Below are positions 29,101-36,924 of a stretch of 64,000 bases of DNA, one piece after another. The position numbers and the translations under genes are program-made. Origin of the DNA: an uncultured Acidobacteriota bacterium (lineage in GTDB: Bacteria > Acidobacteriota > Thermoanaerobaculia > Multivoradales > UBA5704); contig OY969474.1 of assembly GCA_963700145.1 (NCBI GenBank), forward strand, positions 4,416,001-4,480,000, written 5' to 3'. Below the pieces are notes generated by a model that was not told the origin of the DNA, did not search any database, and was given only the letters and a program-made list of their open reading frames with translations. Numbering within the stretch: position 1 is the first letter of the stretch; each line of letters opens with the position of its first letter.

Positions 29101-29613
29101 CTCAGCCTCTTCGACCCCGCGACCGGCCGGTTGGCGGCGGCCTGGGAGCTGCCGCGCCAGACGCGCAACGGCGGCCTGTGCCTCACCGACTACGTCCTGC
29201 CCGGCGATCACGTCGCCCTCTTCGTCACCACCGCCGGGCACGGCGTGCGGGAGCGGGTCGAGCGCTGGAAGGCCGCCGGCGAGTACCTGAAGAGCCACGC
29301 CTTCGCGGCGCTGGCGCTCGAGACCGCCGAGGCCGCGGCCGAGTGGCTGCACGCGCGGCTGCGGAAGGAGTGGGGCTTCCCCGACCCGCCCGACCTGTCG
29401 CTCCAGCAGAAGCTCGCCGCCCGCTACCGCGGCAAGCGCTACAGCTTCGGCTACCCGGCCTGCCCCGACCTCGCCTTCCAGCGCCAGCTCTTCGCCGCCC
29501 TCGGCCCCGAGGAGATCGGCGTCGAGCTCACCGAAGGCGACATGATGGATCCGGAAGCGAGCGTCTCCGCGCTCGTGTTCCAGCATCCAGATGCAAGATA
29601 TTTTGGAGTTTGA
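26131..29613 (+). CDS. metH: Cobalamin-dependent methionine synthase
   Basis: LDGATGT, GLNCATG, GGCCGT, GERTN, ATVKGDVHDIGKNLV (B12 motif), RYSFGYPACPDL. Confidence 0.96.
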   Translation: MDVPIPSRPDDLEERAARLHAALAERVLVLDGATGTALQAESLSAEDFGGPDLEGCNENLCATRPDVVDRVHEGYLAAGADVVETNTFGGTPLVLAEYGLADQAFALNRAAAAIARAACARWESPEKPRFVCGSMGPTTKAISVTGGVTFEELQEHFRVQALGLMAGGADYLLLETQQDTRNVKAGLLGIETAFAQAGWQLPVAVSATIEATGTMLGGQDAEALAVSLLHADLLYVGLNCATGPERMTDHIRTLAELSRTRVACVPNAGLPDEEGRYNEGPEEIARVLGRFLDAGWLNLVGGCCGTTAAHVAALAAIARGRRPRPVPDHQRALIAGLEAVELTADNRPLLVGERTNVLGSRQFKRLIAAGDWEGAAEVARAQVRAGGQVLDVCLQDPDRDERADAEAFLDRLVRVVKAPIMIDTTDAAVMERSLTYCQGKAVLNSINLEDGLARFERVVPLARRYGAAVVVGTIDEQGMAVTVERKLEVARRSFRLLTEDFGLRAEDIWWDALVFPCGTGDASYLGSAGQTIEGVRRLKEEFPETRTVLGVSNVSFGLPPAGREVLNSVFLYHCTKAGLDAAIVNSERLARYADVPEEERALAEALIFLPVGDVAAGDRAVETFTAHFRGRTAAPAKPRAELPLAERLARAVVEGSKVGLEDDLAQALVDPRWPTPLEVINGPLMAGMSEVGRLFNANQLIVAEVLQSAEVMKAAVSYLEPHMEKAGSSTRGKILLATVKGDVHDIGKNLVDIVLTNNGFTVVNLGIKVPSERLIEAAREHRPDVIGLSGLLVKSAQQMVLTAGDLSAVGIDTPLLVGGAALTRRFTHRKIAQAYGGLCTYAKDAMHGLKLVERLLDGAARPELEQEVAELIAADAEPAAAVAEGAVAEGEAAAGAPAVRRDLAAPPPPDLERHAEELDLDAVWEYLNPQMVYGKHLGLKGVVAKLEAEGDPKLAKLQAVVAELQQLAREGAMRARAVWRFLPAAAEGDRLSLFDPATGRLAAAWELPRQTRNGGLCLTDYVLPGDHVALFVTTAGHGVRERVERWKAAGEYLKSHAFAALALETAEAAAEWLHARLRKEWGFPDPPDLSLQQKLAARYRGKRYSFGYPACPDLAFQRQLFAALGPEEIGVELTEGDMMDPEASVSALVFQHPDARYFGV

Positions 29614-29658
29614 GTTTGCGTGTGCTCCAAAGGGAAGTCCGCCCGCTGCTTAATCGGC

Positions 29659-30546
29659 TTACTCTGACTTCGGCGCGATCGAGATCGGCTGGTAGTCGCC
29701 AGGAATGAGACTGCCGGGCTGGTGGGGGAGGCGGCTCGAGCGGCCGTCGCGCGGGGGGAAGCGCGGGTCGGGGCGGGGGAGGAGCACCGGGCCGCCGTCG
29801 CCGGGGTCGGGCCGGCCGTCGCCGTGCGGCGGCGGGAAGACGCCGGGCAGGACCAGGATCGGCCAGCCGACGGCGACCGGCAGCGCCACCACCACCGGCC
29901 GCGGCTCCAGCAGATCGCGCGCGAGCTGCACCTCGGCGAGGTCCAGCAGCCGGTCGGTGCGGGCGGCGCGCGCGGCCTCCCTCGCCTCCGCGCGCCGGCT
30001 GTGGCGCTCCTGCTCCTCGCGCTCGCGCGCCCGCAGCCGCTCGTCGTGCTCGGCGCGGGTGATCCAGGCGCCGCCGTGCTCGACGAAACCGCGCCGCCGC
30101 ATCGACTCGGCGTAGGGGATCCACCGCGCCAGCTCGCGGTCGTAGACGTAGCCCAGCCCGCGCAGCAGCGGCTCCAGCGCGGCGAGCTGCGGGTCCAGCC
30201 GGGCCGCCTGCAGGGCCGCCTCGCGCGTCGCCGTCGCCAGCCCCTGCGCCTTCGCCCAGCGCGCCAGCTCGACCCAGTCGGCCGCGGTCGCGTCGGGATC
30301 GCGGCGCAGCGCCTTCTCCCGTGCCAGGAACTCCGCGAACGGCGCCTCGCCCTTCTCGACCCGCGCCACGGCGCTCCGCGGCAGGCTGAGCTCGCCGCCC
30401 GGCATGCGGATGCGCACCTGCGTCGCGGTGACCTCGGCGATCACCCCTTCGAAGGAGTTGCCGTTGTTGAGGAAGACATCGTCGGCGGCGGCGGGGAGCG
30501 CGGCGGCGGACCCGAAGAGGAGGAGGGGAAGGAGCCGTAGGCGCAT
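29659..30546 (-). CDS. Hypothetical exported protein
   Basis: Signal peptide, DDVFLNNGNSFEG small beta domain, helical middle, Pro-rich tail; RBS AAAGGA. Confidence 0.72.
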   Translation of the reverse strand: MRLRLLPLLLFGSAAALPAAADDVFLNNGNSFEGVIAEVTATQVRIRMPGGELSLPRSAVARVEKGEAPFAEFLAREKALRRDPDATAADWVELARWAKAQGLATATREAALQAARLDPQLAALEPLLRGLGYVYDRELARWIPYAESMRRRGFVEHGGAWITRAEHDERLRAREREEQERHSRRAEAREAARAARTDRLLDLAEVQLARDLLEPRPVVVALPVAVGWPILVLPGVFPPPHGDGRPDPGDGGPVLLPRPDPRFPPRDGRSSRLPHQPGSLIPGDYQPISIAPKSE

Positions 30547-30582
30547 CGACGTCCTTTCTACGCTTGGGCGAGCGCCAGTATC

Positions 30583-33399
30583 CTACACCCTCCCGCCCCC
30601 CGGCCGCCGGCGCGTCGCGTAGACGGCGGCGCCCGCCGCGACGGCGGCGAAGACGGCCGCCGCGATCCACCGCTCCGCCGGCCGCGGCCGCGCCGGCACC
30701 AGCTCGCCGTCGCCGAGCACCACCAGCCCCGCCCAAGCCGCGGCGGGGGCGCCGGCGCGGATTCGCTCGGTCTGCGCCGCGCGCAGCGCCGCGGCCAGGC
30801 TCTCACCCCTCCCCAGGTGGCGGTAGAAGCTCGAGAAGAGCGCCTCGGCCTCGTCGTCGCGCAGCGGCCAGAGGCTCGCCACCACGGCGTGCGCCCCGGC
30901 CTGGAAGAAGGCGCGCGCCAGGCCCATCACCCCTTCGCCGCGCAGCAGGCGCCCGGAAGCGCTGCGGCAGGAGGCGAGCACGACGGTGTCGCCCGCGAGG
31001 TCTAGCTCGACGATCTCGCGCGCCTGCAGCAGGCCGTCCTCGCCGCGCGCTCCCGGCGCCAGCAGCACGCCCGAGCTCTCCGGCTGCTCGTCGTCGAGGA
31101 GCGCGTGCACCGCGAAGTGGAGGAGGCCGAAACCGCCGCCGCCGCGCTTCAAGAACGCTTCCGAGGCCTCCTCGCCGACGCGCAGCACGCTCCCCCGGCC
31201 GAGGTGCCGGACCACGGCCCGCCCTTCGTCGCGCGCGTAGGGCAGCGGCGGCAGGGCCTGCATGGCGGCGAAGACGGCGGCGCGCTCGGCGGGCGCGCCG
31301 CGGCGGCCTGCGGCCACGCTCGCGGAAGCCGCCTTCCCGGCGCCGGGGGCCGGCGGGTCTGCGAGCGCCAGCGCGGGCCGCGCGCCCGGCAGCGGCCGGC
31401 TCGCCCGCCAGCGCAGCCAGAGCGTGGCGGAGGGGACGACGGTGAGCTGGTAGCGCGTCGCCAGCGGCGCGCCGTCCGCGCCGCGCAGCGCCGCGAACGG
31501 CAGGCGGTGGAGGTCGTCGTCCGGGACCAGGACCAGGCGCTGGACGCCGGCCGGCAGGTCGCCCAGCGCCCGCGCCAGGAGGCGGTCGTGGAGCGCGCGG
31601 GCGGCGGTCGCCTCGCGATCCGGTGCCCGGGCCGCGAAGAGCCCGTCGAACATCGCCAGCGTCGGACGCAGCTCGACGCGTCCGGGGAGGCGGTAGGCGC
31701 GGGCGCCGTGGCGCGTGACGGCGAGCAGCCAGGCGCCGCCGGCGAACTGTCCCGCCGTGTCGCCCCAGGGAGCGATCTGGAAGGAGAGCAGGGCCTCGTC
31801 GGTGCCGAGCGCCCCCTGCACGCGCGCCAGCGATGCGAAGTCCGGCCGGCGGTGGGCGGCGAGGTCCCCGGCTCCCTCGGCGAGCCGCTCGCGCAGCTCC
31901 GCCTCCGCGAGCTCCAGCCGCTGCTGCTCGCGGCGGGCCGCTTCGCGTGGCGCCGCCGGTAGACCGGGCTCGAGCAGCCGTCGCTGTACCCGCGCCAGCT
32001 CTTCGAGGACGGCGGCGCGGCGCGCGGCGAGAGCCGGATCGGAGCGCGGCGCCTTGCCGGCGGCGACCAGCGCTTCCACCAGCGAGCGCGCCCGCATCCG
32101 CTCCGTCACCGAGAAGGCGGCGGCGAGAGTGTCCGGGCCGTGCTCTCTTTGCAGGAGCCGTCCCGAGAGCCAGTGGTAGTCCTCGGCCCAGGTCGAGAAC
32201 AGCTCGGCCCTCCGGCCGGTGTTGCGCTGCACGTCGTGCAGCGCCTCGATCACGTCGAGCGCCGCGCGACCCTCGGCGAGCGCCCCCTCCGGCGCGCCGT
32301 CGGCCCACGCCAGCCGCATCCGCTCCCGCCAGCAGAGGATCAGCGACCATGGGCTCGCGGCCGCATGCGCCTGCTGGAAGGCGCGCTCGAGGGTCGAGCG
32401 CGCCGCCCGCGGGTCGCGCTCGGCGAGGCGGCGGGTGAGGGTGTGGAGGCAGTAGCTGCGGGCGCGGTCGGTCGCCGCGACGTCGAGGCAGCTCGCCAGG
32501 TGCGCGAGCGCCGCGTCGCCGGTTTCCGTCATCGCCAGCAGGTGGTGGGCCTGCGCCGCGACGTCGCGGTCGCCGGCGGCGGTCGCTACGGCCAGCGCCT
32601 TGCGGGCGAGGGCCTGCGCCTCACGCACCGCGTCCGGCGACGGCAGCTCGGCGGCCTCCTCGAACGCCACGCGGGCGACGCCGTAGCGGGCGTTGCTCTC
32701 GCCGAGAGCGTCCTCCGCTTCCGCGGTCAGCGCGGCGAGCCGCTGGTAGGAGTCTCGGGCCTCTCGCCGCCGGCCCAGCTCCAAGGCCACCAGCGCATGC
32801 TGCGCGAGCCAATCGCGCCGGGCGTAGTAGTCGCCCGCGGGGAAGATCGCCGTCTCGGCCTGGTCCAGCAGCAGGGCGGCGCGTCCGAGGTCGCCGCCGG
32901 TGTCGTAGAGATGGCGCGCGAGCAGCACCTTGGCGCGCGCGGCGAGCTCCGCATCGTCCGAAGCTTCGGCGACCGACACGACGCGCTCGGCCTCCGCGCT
33001 CGCCGCCCCCATTTTTCCCTGTTCCGTGAGCATCACGTAGAGGTTGTTGCGCGCCTTGAGCTCGCCGGCCGCATCGCGCCGGGCGGCGAACGCGGCCGCG
33101 GCGCGACGGTAGGAGGCCTCCGCGCGGTGCGGCTCGGACCACCGGATGTTGCCGAGATAGAAAGGGATCCAGGGAGCGTCTGGAAAGCGCGGCAGGAACG
33201 CTTCGAGGCGGCGGCCCGCTTCCGCCGCGTGCCCCTGCTCCGTTGCCACCGTCCAGAAGCAGGCGGCGGCGTCGCGCGATTCCGGCTTCGCCGCGAGACT
33301 CGCTTCGCAGCGGTCTAGCGCGACGGGGCCGCCGGCCGCCGCCGACAGCGGCCAGAGGAGGAGGAGAGCGCTGAGGGACCGGACCTTCACCCGCCGCAT
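30583..33399 (-). CDS. Exported TPR-CHAT (caspase-like) protease with a C-terminal membrane anchor
   Basis: LVLVPDDDLHRLPF, HFAVHA (His), VVLASCRS (Cys), GLARAFFQAGA, VASLW, WAGLVVLGDG; signal peptide and C-terminal TM + RRR. Alternative start GTG 33390. Confidence 0.9.
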   Translation of the reverse strand: MRRVKVRSLSALLLLWPLSAAAGGPVALDRCEASLAAKPESRDAAACFWTVATEQGHAAEAGRRLEAFLPRFPDAPWIPFYLGNIRWSEPHRAEASYRRAAAAFAARRDAAGELKARNNLYVMLTEQGKMGAASAEAERVVSVAEASDDAELAARAKVLLARHLYDTGGDLGRAALLLDQAETAIFPAGDYYARRDWLAQHALVALELGRRREARDSYQRLAALTAEAEDALGESNARYGVARVAFEEAAELPSPDAVREAQALARKALAVATAAGDRDVAAQAHHLLAMTETGDAALAHLASCLDVAATDRARSYCLHTLTRRLAERDPRAARSTLERAFQQAHAAASPWSLILCWRERMRLAWADGAPEGALAEGRAALDVIEALHDVQRNTGRRAELFSTWAEDYHWLSGRLLQREHGPDTLAAAFSVTERMRARSLVEALVAAGKAPRSDPALAARRAAVLEELARVQRRLLEPGLPAAPREAARREQQRLELAEAELRERLAEGAGDLAAHRRPDFASLARVQGALGTDEALLSFQIAPWGDTAGQFAGGAWLLAVTRHGARAYRLPGRVELRPTLAMFDGLFAARAPDREATAARALHDRLLARALGDLPAGVQRLVLVPDDDLHRLPFAALRGADGAPLATRYQLTVVPSATLWLRWRASRPLPGARPALALADPPAPGAGKAASASVAAGRRGAPAERAAVFAAMQALPPLPYARDEGRAVVRHLGRGSVLRVGEEASEAFLKRGGGGFGLLHFAVHALLDDEQPESSGVLLAPGARGEDGLLQAREIVELDLAGDTVVLASCRSASGRLLRGEGVMGLARAFFQAGAHAVVASLWPLRDDEAEALFSSFYRHLGRGESLAAALRAAQTERIRAGAPAAAWAGLVVLGDGELVPARPRPAERWIAAAVFAAVAAGAAVYATRRRPGGGRV

Positions 33400-33446
33400 G
33401 CTACGGGTCTGGGCGGACGGTCTCGCGACCGCCCGCCCAGGCTGGC

Positions 33447-33644
33447 TCAGCGAGCCGTCCTGCCCGTCGGCCCGCCGGTCCCACCCCCGCCCGAGCCGCT
33501 GTTCGTAGTGTTGACCTCCGTCTCCGGGCCGGTCTTGGGGCCGGAGCGGGCGGCGCCGCAGTAGAGCGCGCCGAACTGGAAGCCTCGGGTCGCGTCGCTG
33601 CCCCCGAAGGTGCTGCTTTCACGCTGGCTCTCGTAGCTGAACAT
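33447..33644 (-). CDS. Small Gly/Ser/Thr-rich peptide (65 aa), function unknown
   Basis: GGAGG 5 nt before ATG 33644: MFSYESQRESSTFGGSDATRGFQFGALYCGAARSGPKTGPETEVNTTNSGSGGGGTGGPTGRTAR. Confidence 0.55.
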   Translation of the reverse strand: MFSYESQRESSTFGGSDATRGFQFGALYCGAARSGPKTGPETEVNTTNSGSGGGGTGGPTGRTAR

Positions 33645-33834
33645 GACTGCCTCCCGAGTTCTGGGTTCCGCCGCGGTGTCCGCGTCGGTTTCCAATCGGC
33701 GGTGGCTTCTTTGCCCCCGCCTGAACAAGATCAACGTCCTGGCGTGCCCCGTCCCCTCAATGTTCACTCCGGACGGTTCGCACTCGTGAACAAACATTCA
33801 TTGTCTTTCGTCGTCGTCAGGGAATCGTCATCTC

Positions 33835-34515
33835 TCAGCGCAGCTCGATGTCGAACGTCTCGGAGCCGATCTCTTCGCCGTCGGCCCGCACGGCCGTGAC
33901 GTGCCAGAACAGCTTGCTGCCCGGAGGGAGACCGGCCAGCTTCGCCGCCGGCACCAGCAGCTCGCGCCGCTCGAGACGGCGGGCGACGGCAACTTCCCGC
34001 AAGAGGTCGTCGGTCGTCACGCGCACGTCGTAGAGCGCGCCTTCGGGGCCCTCCCAGCGGAGGAGGAACCGCTCGCGCGGCAGGGCGTCTCCGACCAGCG
34101 GGCGGATCGCGCCTTGCTCGCCGCCGCGCATGGCGAGGGGCTGGCGCTCCTCGCGCCGCTCCTCGAATACGACGCCGACGACCACCAGGAGGCAGGCCGC
34201 CGCGGCCGCCGGCACGAGGAAGCGGACCTGCCGCGTCCAGGGGCGGCGCAGCGGCACGACCGGCGCCTCGCCGGCCCGCCGCTCCCGCGCCAGCTCGGCG
34301 GCGAGGCGCCAGTCCTCGGCGCAGGCGGCGCAGACCGCGACGTGGTCGAGCAACGCGTCGCGCTCGGCGTCGGGAAGCTCGCCGCGCACCGCCGCCCAGA
34401 GCCGCTCGGGATGCGGGCAGTCTTCTCCCGCGGCGTCCGCGGACGGCCCCTCCGCCGCGAAGGCGCGGCGCAGGGCCTCGAGATCGAGTCGGTTTGAGTG
34501 TGTCCCTTGGTTCAT
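33835..34515 (-). CDS. Zinc-finger (ZAS/zf-HC2) transmembrane anti-sigma factor
   Basis: CP...HVAVCAAC, one TM helix (FLVPAAAAACLLVVVGVVF), extracytoplasmic beta domain; ATGA overlap with the sigma stop. Confidence 0.85.
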   Translation of the reverse strand: MNQGTHSNRLDLEALRRAFAAEGPSADAAGEDCPHPERLWAAVRGELPDAERDALLDHVAVCAACAEDWRLAAELARERRAGEAPVVPLRRPWTRQVRFLVPAAAAACLLVVVGVVFEERREERQPLAMRGGEQGAIRPLVGDALPRERFLLRWEGPEGALYDVRVTTDDLLREVAVARRLERRELLVPAAKLAGLPPGSKLFWHVTAVRADGEEIGSETFDIELR

Positions 34516-35033
34516 CTTCGTACCCCCTGCGCTTCCAGGCACCGCCTCAGGTCGGCCATGCCGCGGTAGACCAGGTTCTCTGTCTGCTTGAACGGCCCTT
34601 TCATGAGCTCGGCCACCTCCGGCACGGAGTGCCCCAGCAGGTGGAGGGTCACCGCCCGCCGGCGGGCCGCGAGCAGCTCGCCAAGGCAGTCGCGGATGGC
34701 CTTCCCCAGCTCGCGGCTGGCGGTCCACCGCTCGGGGTCGACACCCGGCGCCCGGAGCGGCAGCTCGGGGTCCTGTTCCAGCGGCACCTCGCGCCGCCGG
34801 CGCAGACGCCGGATCTCGTCGACGACGGCGCTGTAGGCCGCCTTCTTGAGATAGAACGGCGAGAGGTCGCGTTCTCCCTCACGCCGCTCCAGCACGTCCA
34901 TGACCCGCATGAGGGCCGTCTGCGCGACGTCGTCCGCACGGTCGGCGAGCCAGCGCGGGCAGACGCGCCGCACGGCGCGCGCGATGTCTTCGCGCAAACG
35001 CTCGATCTCCTGAGGCGGGAGAGACCAGGCCAT
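34512..35033 (-). CDS. ECF sigma-70 factor
   Basis: ADDVAQTAL, YSAVVDEIRR (region 2); CLGELLAARRRAVTL...EVAELM...YRG (region 4). Confidence 0.9.
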   Translation of the reverse strand: MAWSLPPQEIERLREDIARAVRRVCPRWLADRADDVAQTALMRVMDVLERREGERDLSPFYLKKAAYSAVVDEIRRLRRRREVPLEQDPELPLRAPGVDPERWTASRELGKAIRDCLGELLAARRRAVTLHLLGHSVPEVAELMKGPFKQTENLVYRGMADLRRCLEAQGVRR

Positions 35034-35109
35034 CGGGGCTGCGTGGATACCGCTAAACTATCATTCCTGGGCGGTTTGCCGCCGGCATCCGTAAACACTC
35101 CGTCACCCC

Positions 35110-36300
35110 ATGACACGCCGTCCGCAGCTCGCCGCGCTCCTCGTGCTCCTGCCGCTCTTGGCCGCGGCGGCGCCGCTCGCCGCCGCCGCCCCCGCTGCGG
35201 CCCCCGCCGGCGCGGCGGACCTCCTCGCCGCCGCCGAGCGCGCCCACGCGGCGGCCGCCGCGGCCGTCGCCGGCGCCCCGGGCTGGATGGGGCCGCGCCA
35301 CTCGGGGCACGCCGCCGTGGCCCGCGGCCTCGACGAGGTCCACGCCGCGCTCGCCGCGGCGCGCGCGGCGCTCGTGGCCCGCGAAGCCGGCCTGCCCCGC
35401 GCCCTGCGGCGGGGGAGCGTGGCCTTGGCCGGGCTGCGGGTCGCCTGGGGCCGTGCCGGGCTCGCCGCGCCGGCGGCGAGCCGCCGCCTGCGCGAGCTGG
35501 CGGTGACGTTCGACGCCCTGCGCGCCTGCTGCGGGCCGGAGAGCGCCCGCGCCCGCCGCGGCGGCCCGCTGACGCCCGCCGAGCGCGAGCGCCTCGCCGC
35601 GGTGCAGGCGGCGCGGCGCGCCTTCGCCACCGCCCTCGAGCCTCTCGGCGCCCGCGCCGCGGCGCGCGGCGACCGGCGGCTCGCCGGCGAGCTCCGGCGC
35701 TGGATCGCGCAGTCGGAGCGCATCGCCGCGGCGCCGCCGGCGGTCGAGACCCTGCTCGAGGCGGTCTGGCTCGCCGACCATCTCCACGGTGAATGGACGG
35801 CCACGACGCCGCACGTCCCGCCGCCGGACCGCGGCGACTGGCTGGCCGCCCACGCGGCGGTCGAAGAGGTGCTCGGCGAGTCGGAGGTGGGCTACCTGGC
35901 GGTGGCCGACCTCGGCGGCGCCTCCGCGCCGTTGGAGGTCGAGCCCGCGGCCCCGGAGGGCGGCGCGACGCCGGCGGGTGTCGAGCTGCAGGTGCTGGCG
36001 CCGACGCCCGCGCCGGTCGTCCTCTTTCAGCCGTCGGAGCTGGAGGAGAGCTGGGCCGAAGAGGAAGAAGAGAAGGAAGAGGAAGCGAGCGTGGAGGCGG
36101 GCGAAGAGCCCGTCGAAGACGCGCCGGCCCCCGCCGCCGAGGAGAGCGCCGAAGCCACCGAGCCGGCCGAGGAGGGCCCCGTCACGATCGAGGTCGTCAG
36201 CGAGTCCGGCGAGGTGCTGACACTCGAGCTCGGCGAAGAGGGCGAGCCGGCCGCCGAGACCCCCGAGCCCGCTCCCGTCCCGCCGCCTCAGCCGTTGTAG
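35110..36300 (+). CDS. Hypothetical exported protein with an acidic, probably disordered C-terminus
   Basis: Signal peptide; Ala-rich helices; Glu-rich tail EEEEEKEEE. Confidence 0.6.
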   Translation: MTRRPQLAALLVLLPLLAAAAPLAAAAPAAAPAGAADLLAAAERAHAAAAAAVAGAPGWMGPRHSGHAAVARGLDEVHAALAAARAALVAREAGLPRALRRGSVALAGLRVAWGRAGLAAPAASRRLRELAVTFDALRACCGPESARARRGGPLTPAERERLAAVQAARRAFATALEPLGARAAARGDRRLAGELRRWIAQSERIAAAPPAVETLLEAVWLADHLHGEWTATTPHVPPPDRGDWLAAHAAVEEVLGESEVGYLAVADLGGASAPLEVEPAAPEGGATPAGVELQVLAPTPAPVVLFQPSELEESWAEEEEEKEEEASVEAGEEPVEDAPAPAAEESAEATEPAEEGPVTIEVVSESGEVLTLELGEEGEPAAETPEPAPVPPPQPL

Positions 36301-36857
36301 ATCGGCCCGCCGCCGCTGCGGTAGAGCTCCAGCACCTCGCGCGCCTCGGCCCGCAGCACGCCGCGCACGATCTCGACGCCGCGCTCGGCGAGGTATTCGT
36401 AGGACTCCAGGAAGACCGGCCCCTCCTCGAAGGAGAGGCGCGAGGCGTCGTCGCGGTGGGCGCCGCAGACCAGCCGCTTGACGCCGCTCCAAAGCGTCGC
36501 TCCCAGGCACATCGCGCACGGGTCGCAGGAGGTCACCAGCTCGTGCTCCGGCATCCCGGGACCGCCGAGCGTGTAGGAGCCCACCCGCCGTTGCGCCATC
36601 ATCAGCGCCACCATCTCGCCGTGCAGCGTGCAGTTGCCGAGCCGCACGACGCTGTTGACCCCCGCCGCCACCAGCGCGCCGCTGGCGCGCTCGAAGACCG
36701 CCGCCCCGAACGGGCCGCCGGTGCCGCGCAGCACGTTCTCGCGCGACAGCGTCACCGCCAGCCGCATCCGCTCCTCGTCGCCGGCGTAGCGGCGCTCCCA
36801 ATCGACCGCCGCCGGCAGCCAGTCGGGGTAGGTGACGCAGACCTCGGTCGGGGGCAT
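36288..36857 (-). CDS. Nucleoside/nucleobase deaminase (dCMP/cytidine deaminase fold)
   Basis: GGPFGAAV, HGE, PCAMC zinc motifs; start re-called at ATG 36857. Confidence 0.9.
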   Translation of the reverse strand: MPPTEVCVTYPDWLPAAVDWERRYAGDEERMRLAVTLSRENVLRGTGGPFGAAVFERASGALVAAGVNSVVRLGNCTLHGEMVALMMAQRRVGSYTLGGPGMPEHELVTSCDPCAMCLGATLWSGVKRLVCGAHRDDASRLSFEEGPVFLESYEYLAERGVEIVRGVLRAEAREVLELYRSGGGPIYNG

Positions 36858-36924
36858 GAGCGCGCGAGAGCTTAGCAGGAGCCCGGGGGCAAACTTTTCG
36901 TCTTTCCCCTCGTCTGTAAGGGGC

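Noticed and set aside
28850-29613. metH truncated or pseudogenised at the C-terminus
   Set aside because: The activation domain is compact but keeps RYSFGYPACPDL and an uninterrupted frame.
36040-36290. Glu-rich GAG/GAA tract as a repeat element
   Set aside because: Explained as the acidic low-complexity tail of CDS 35110..36300.
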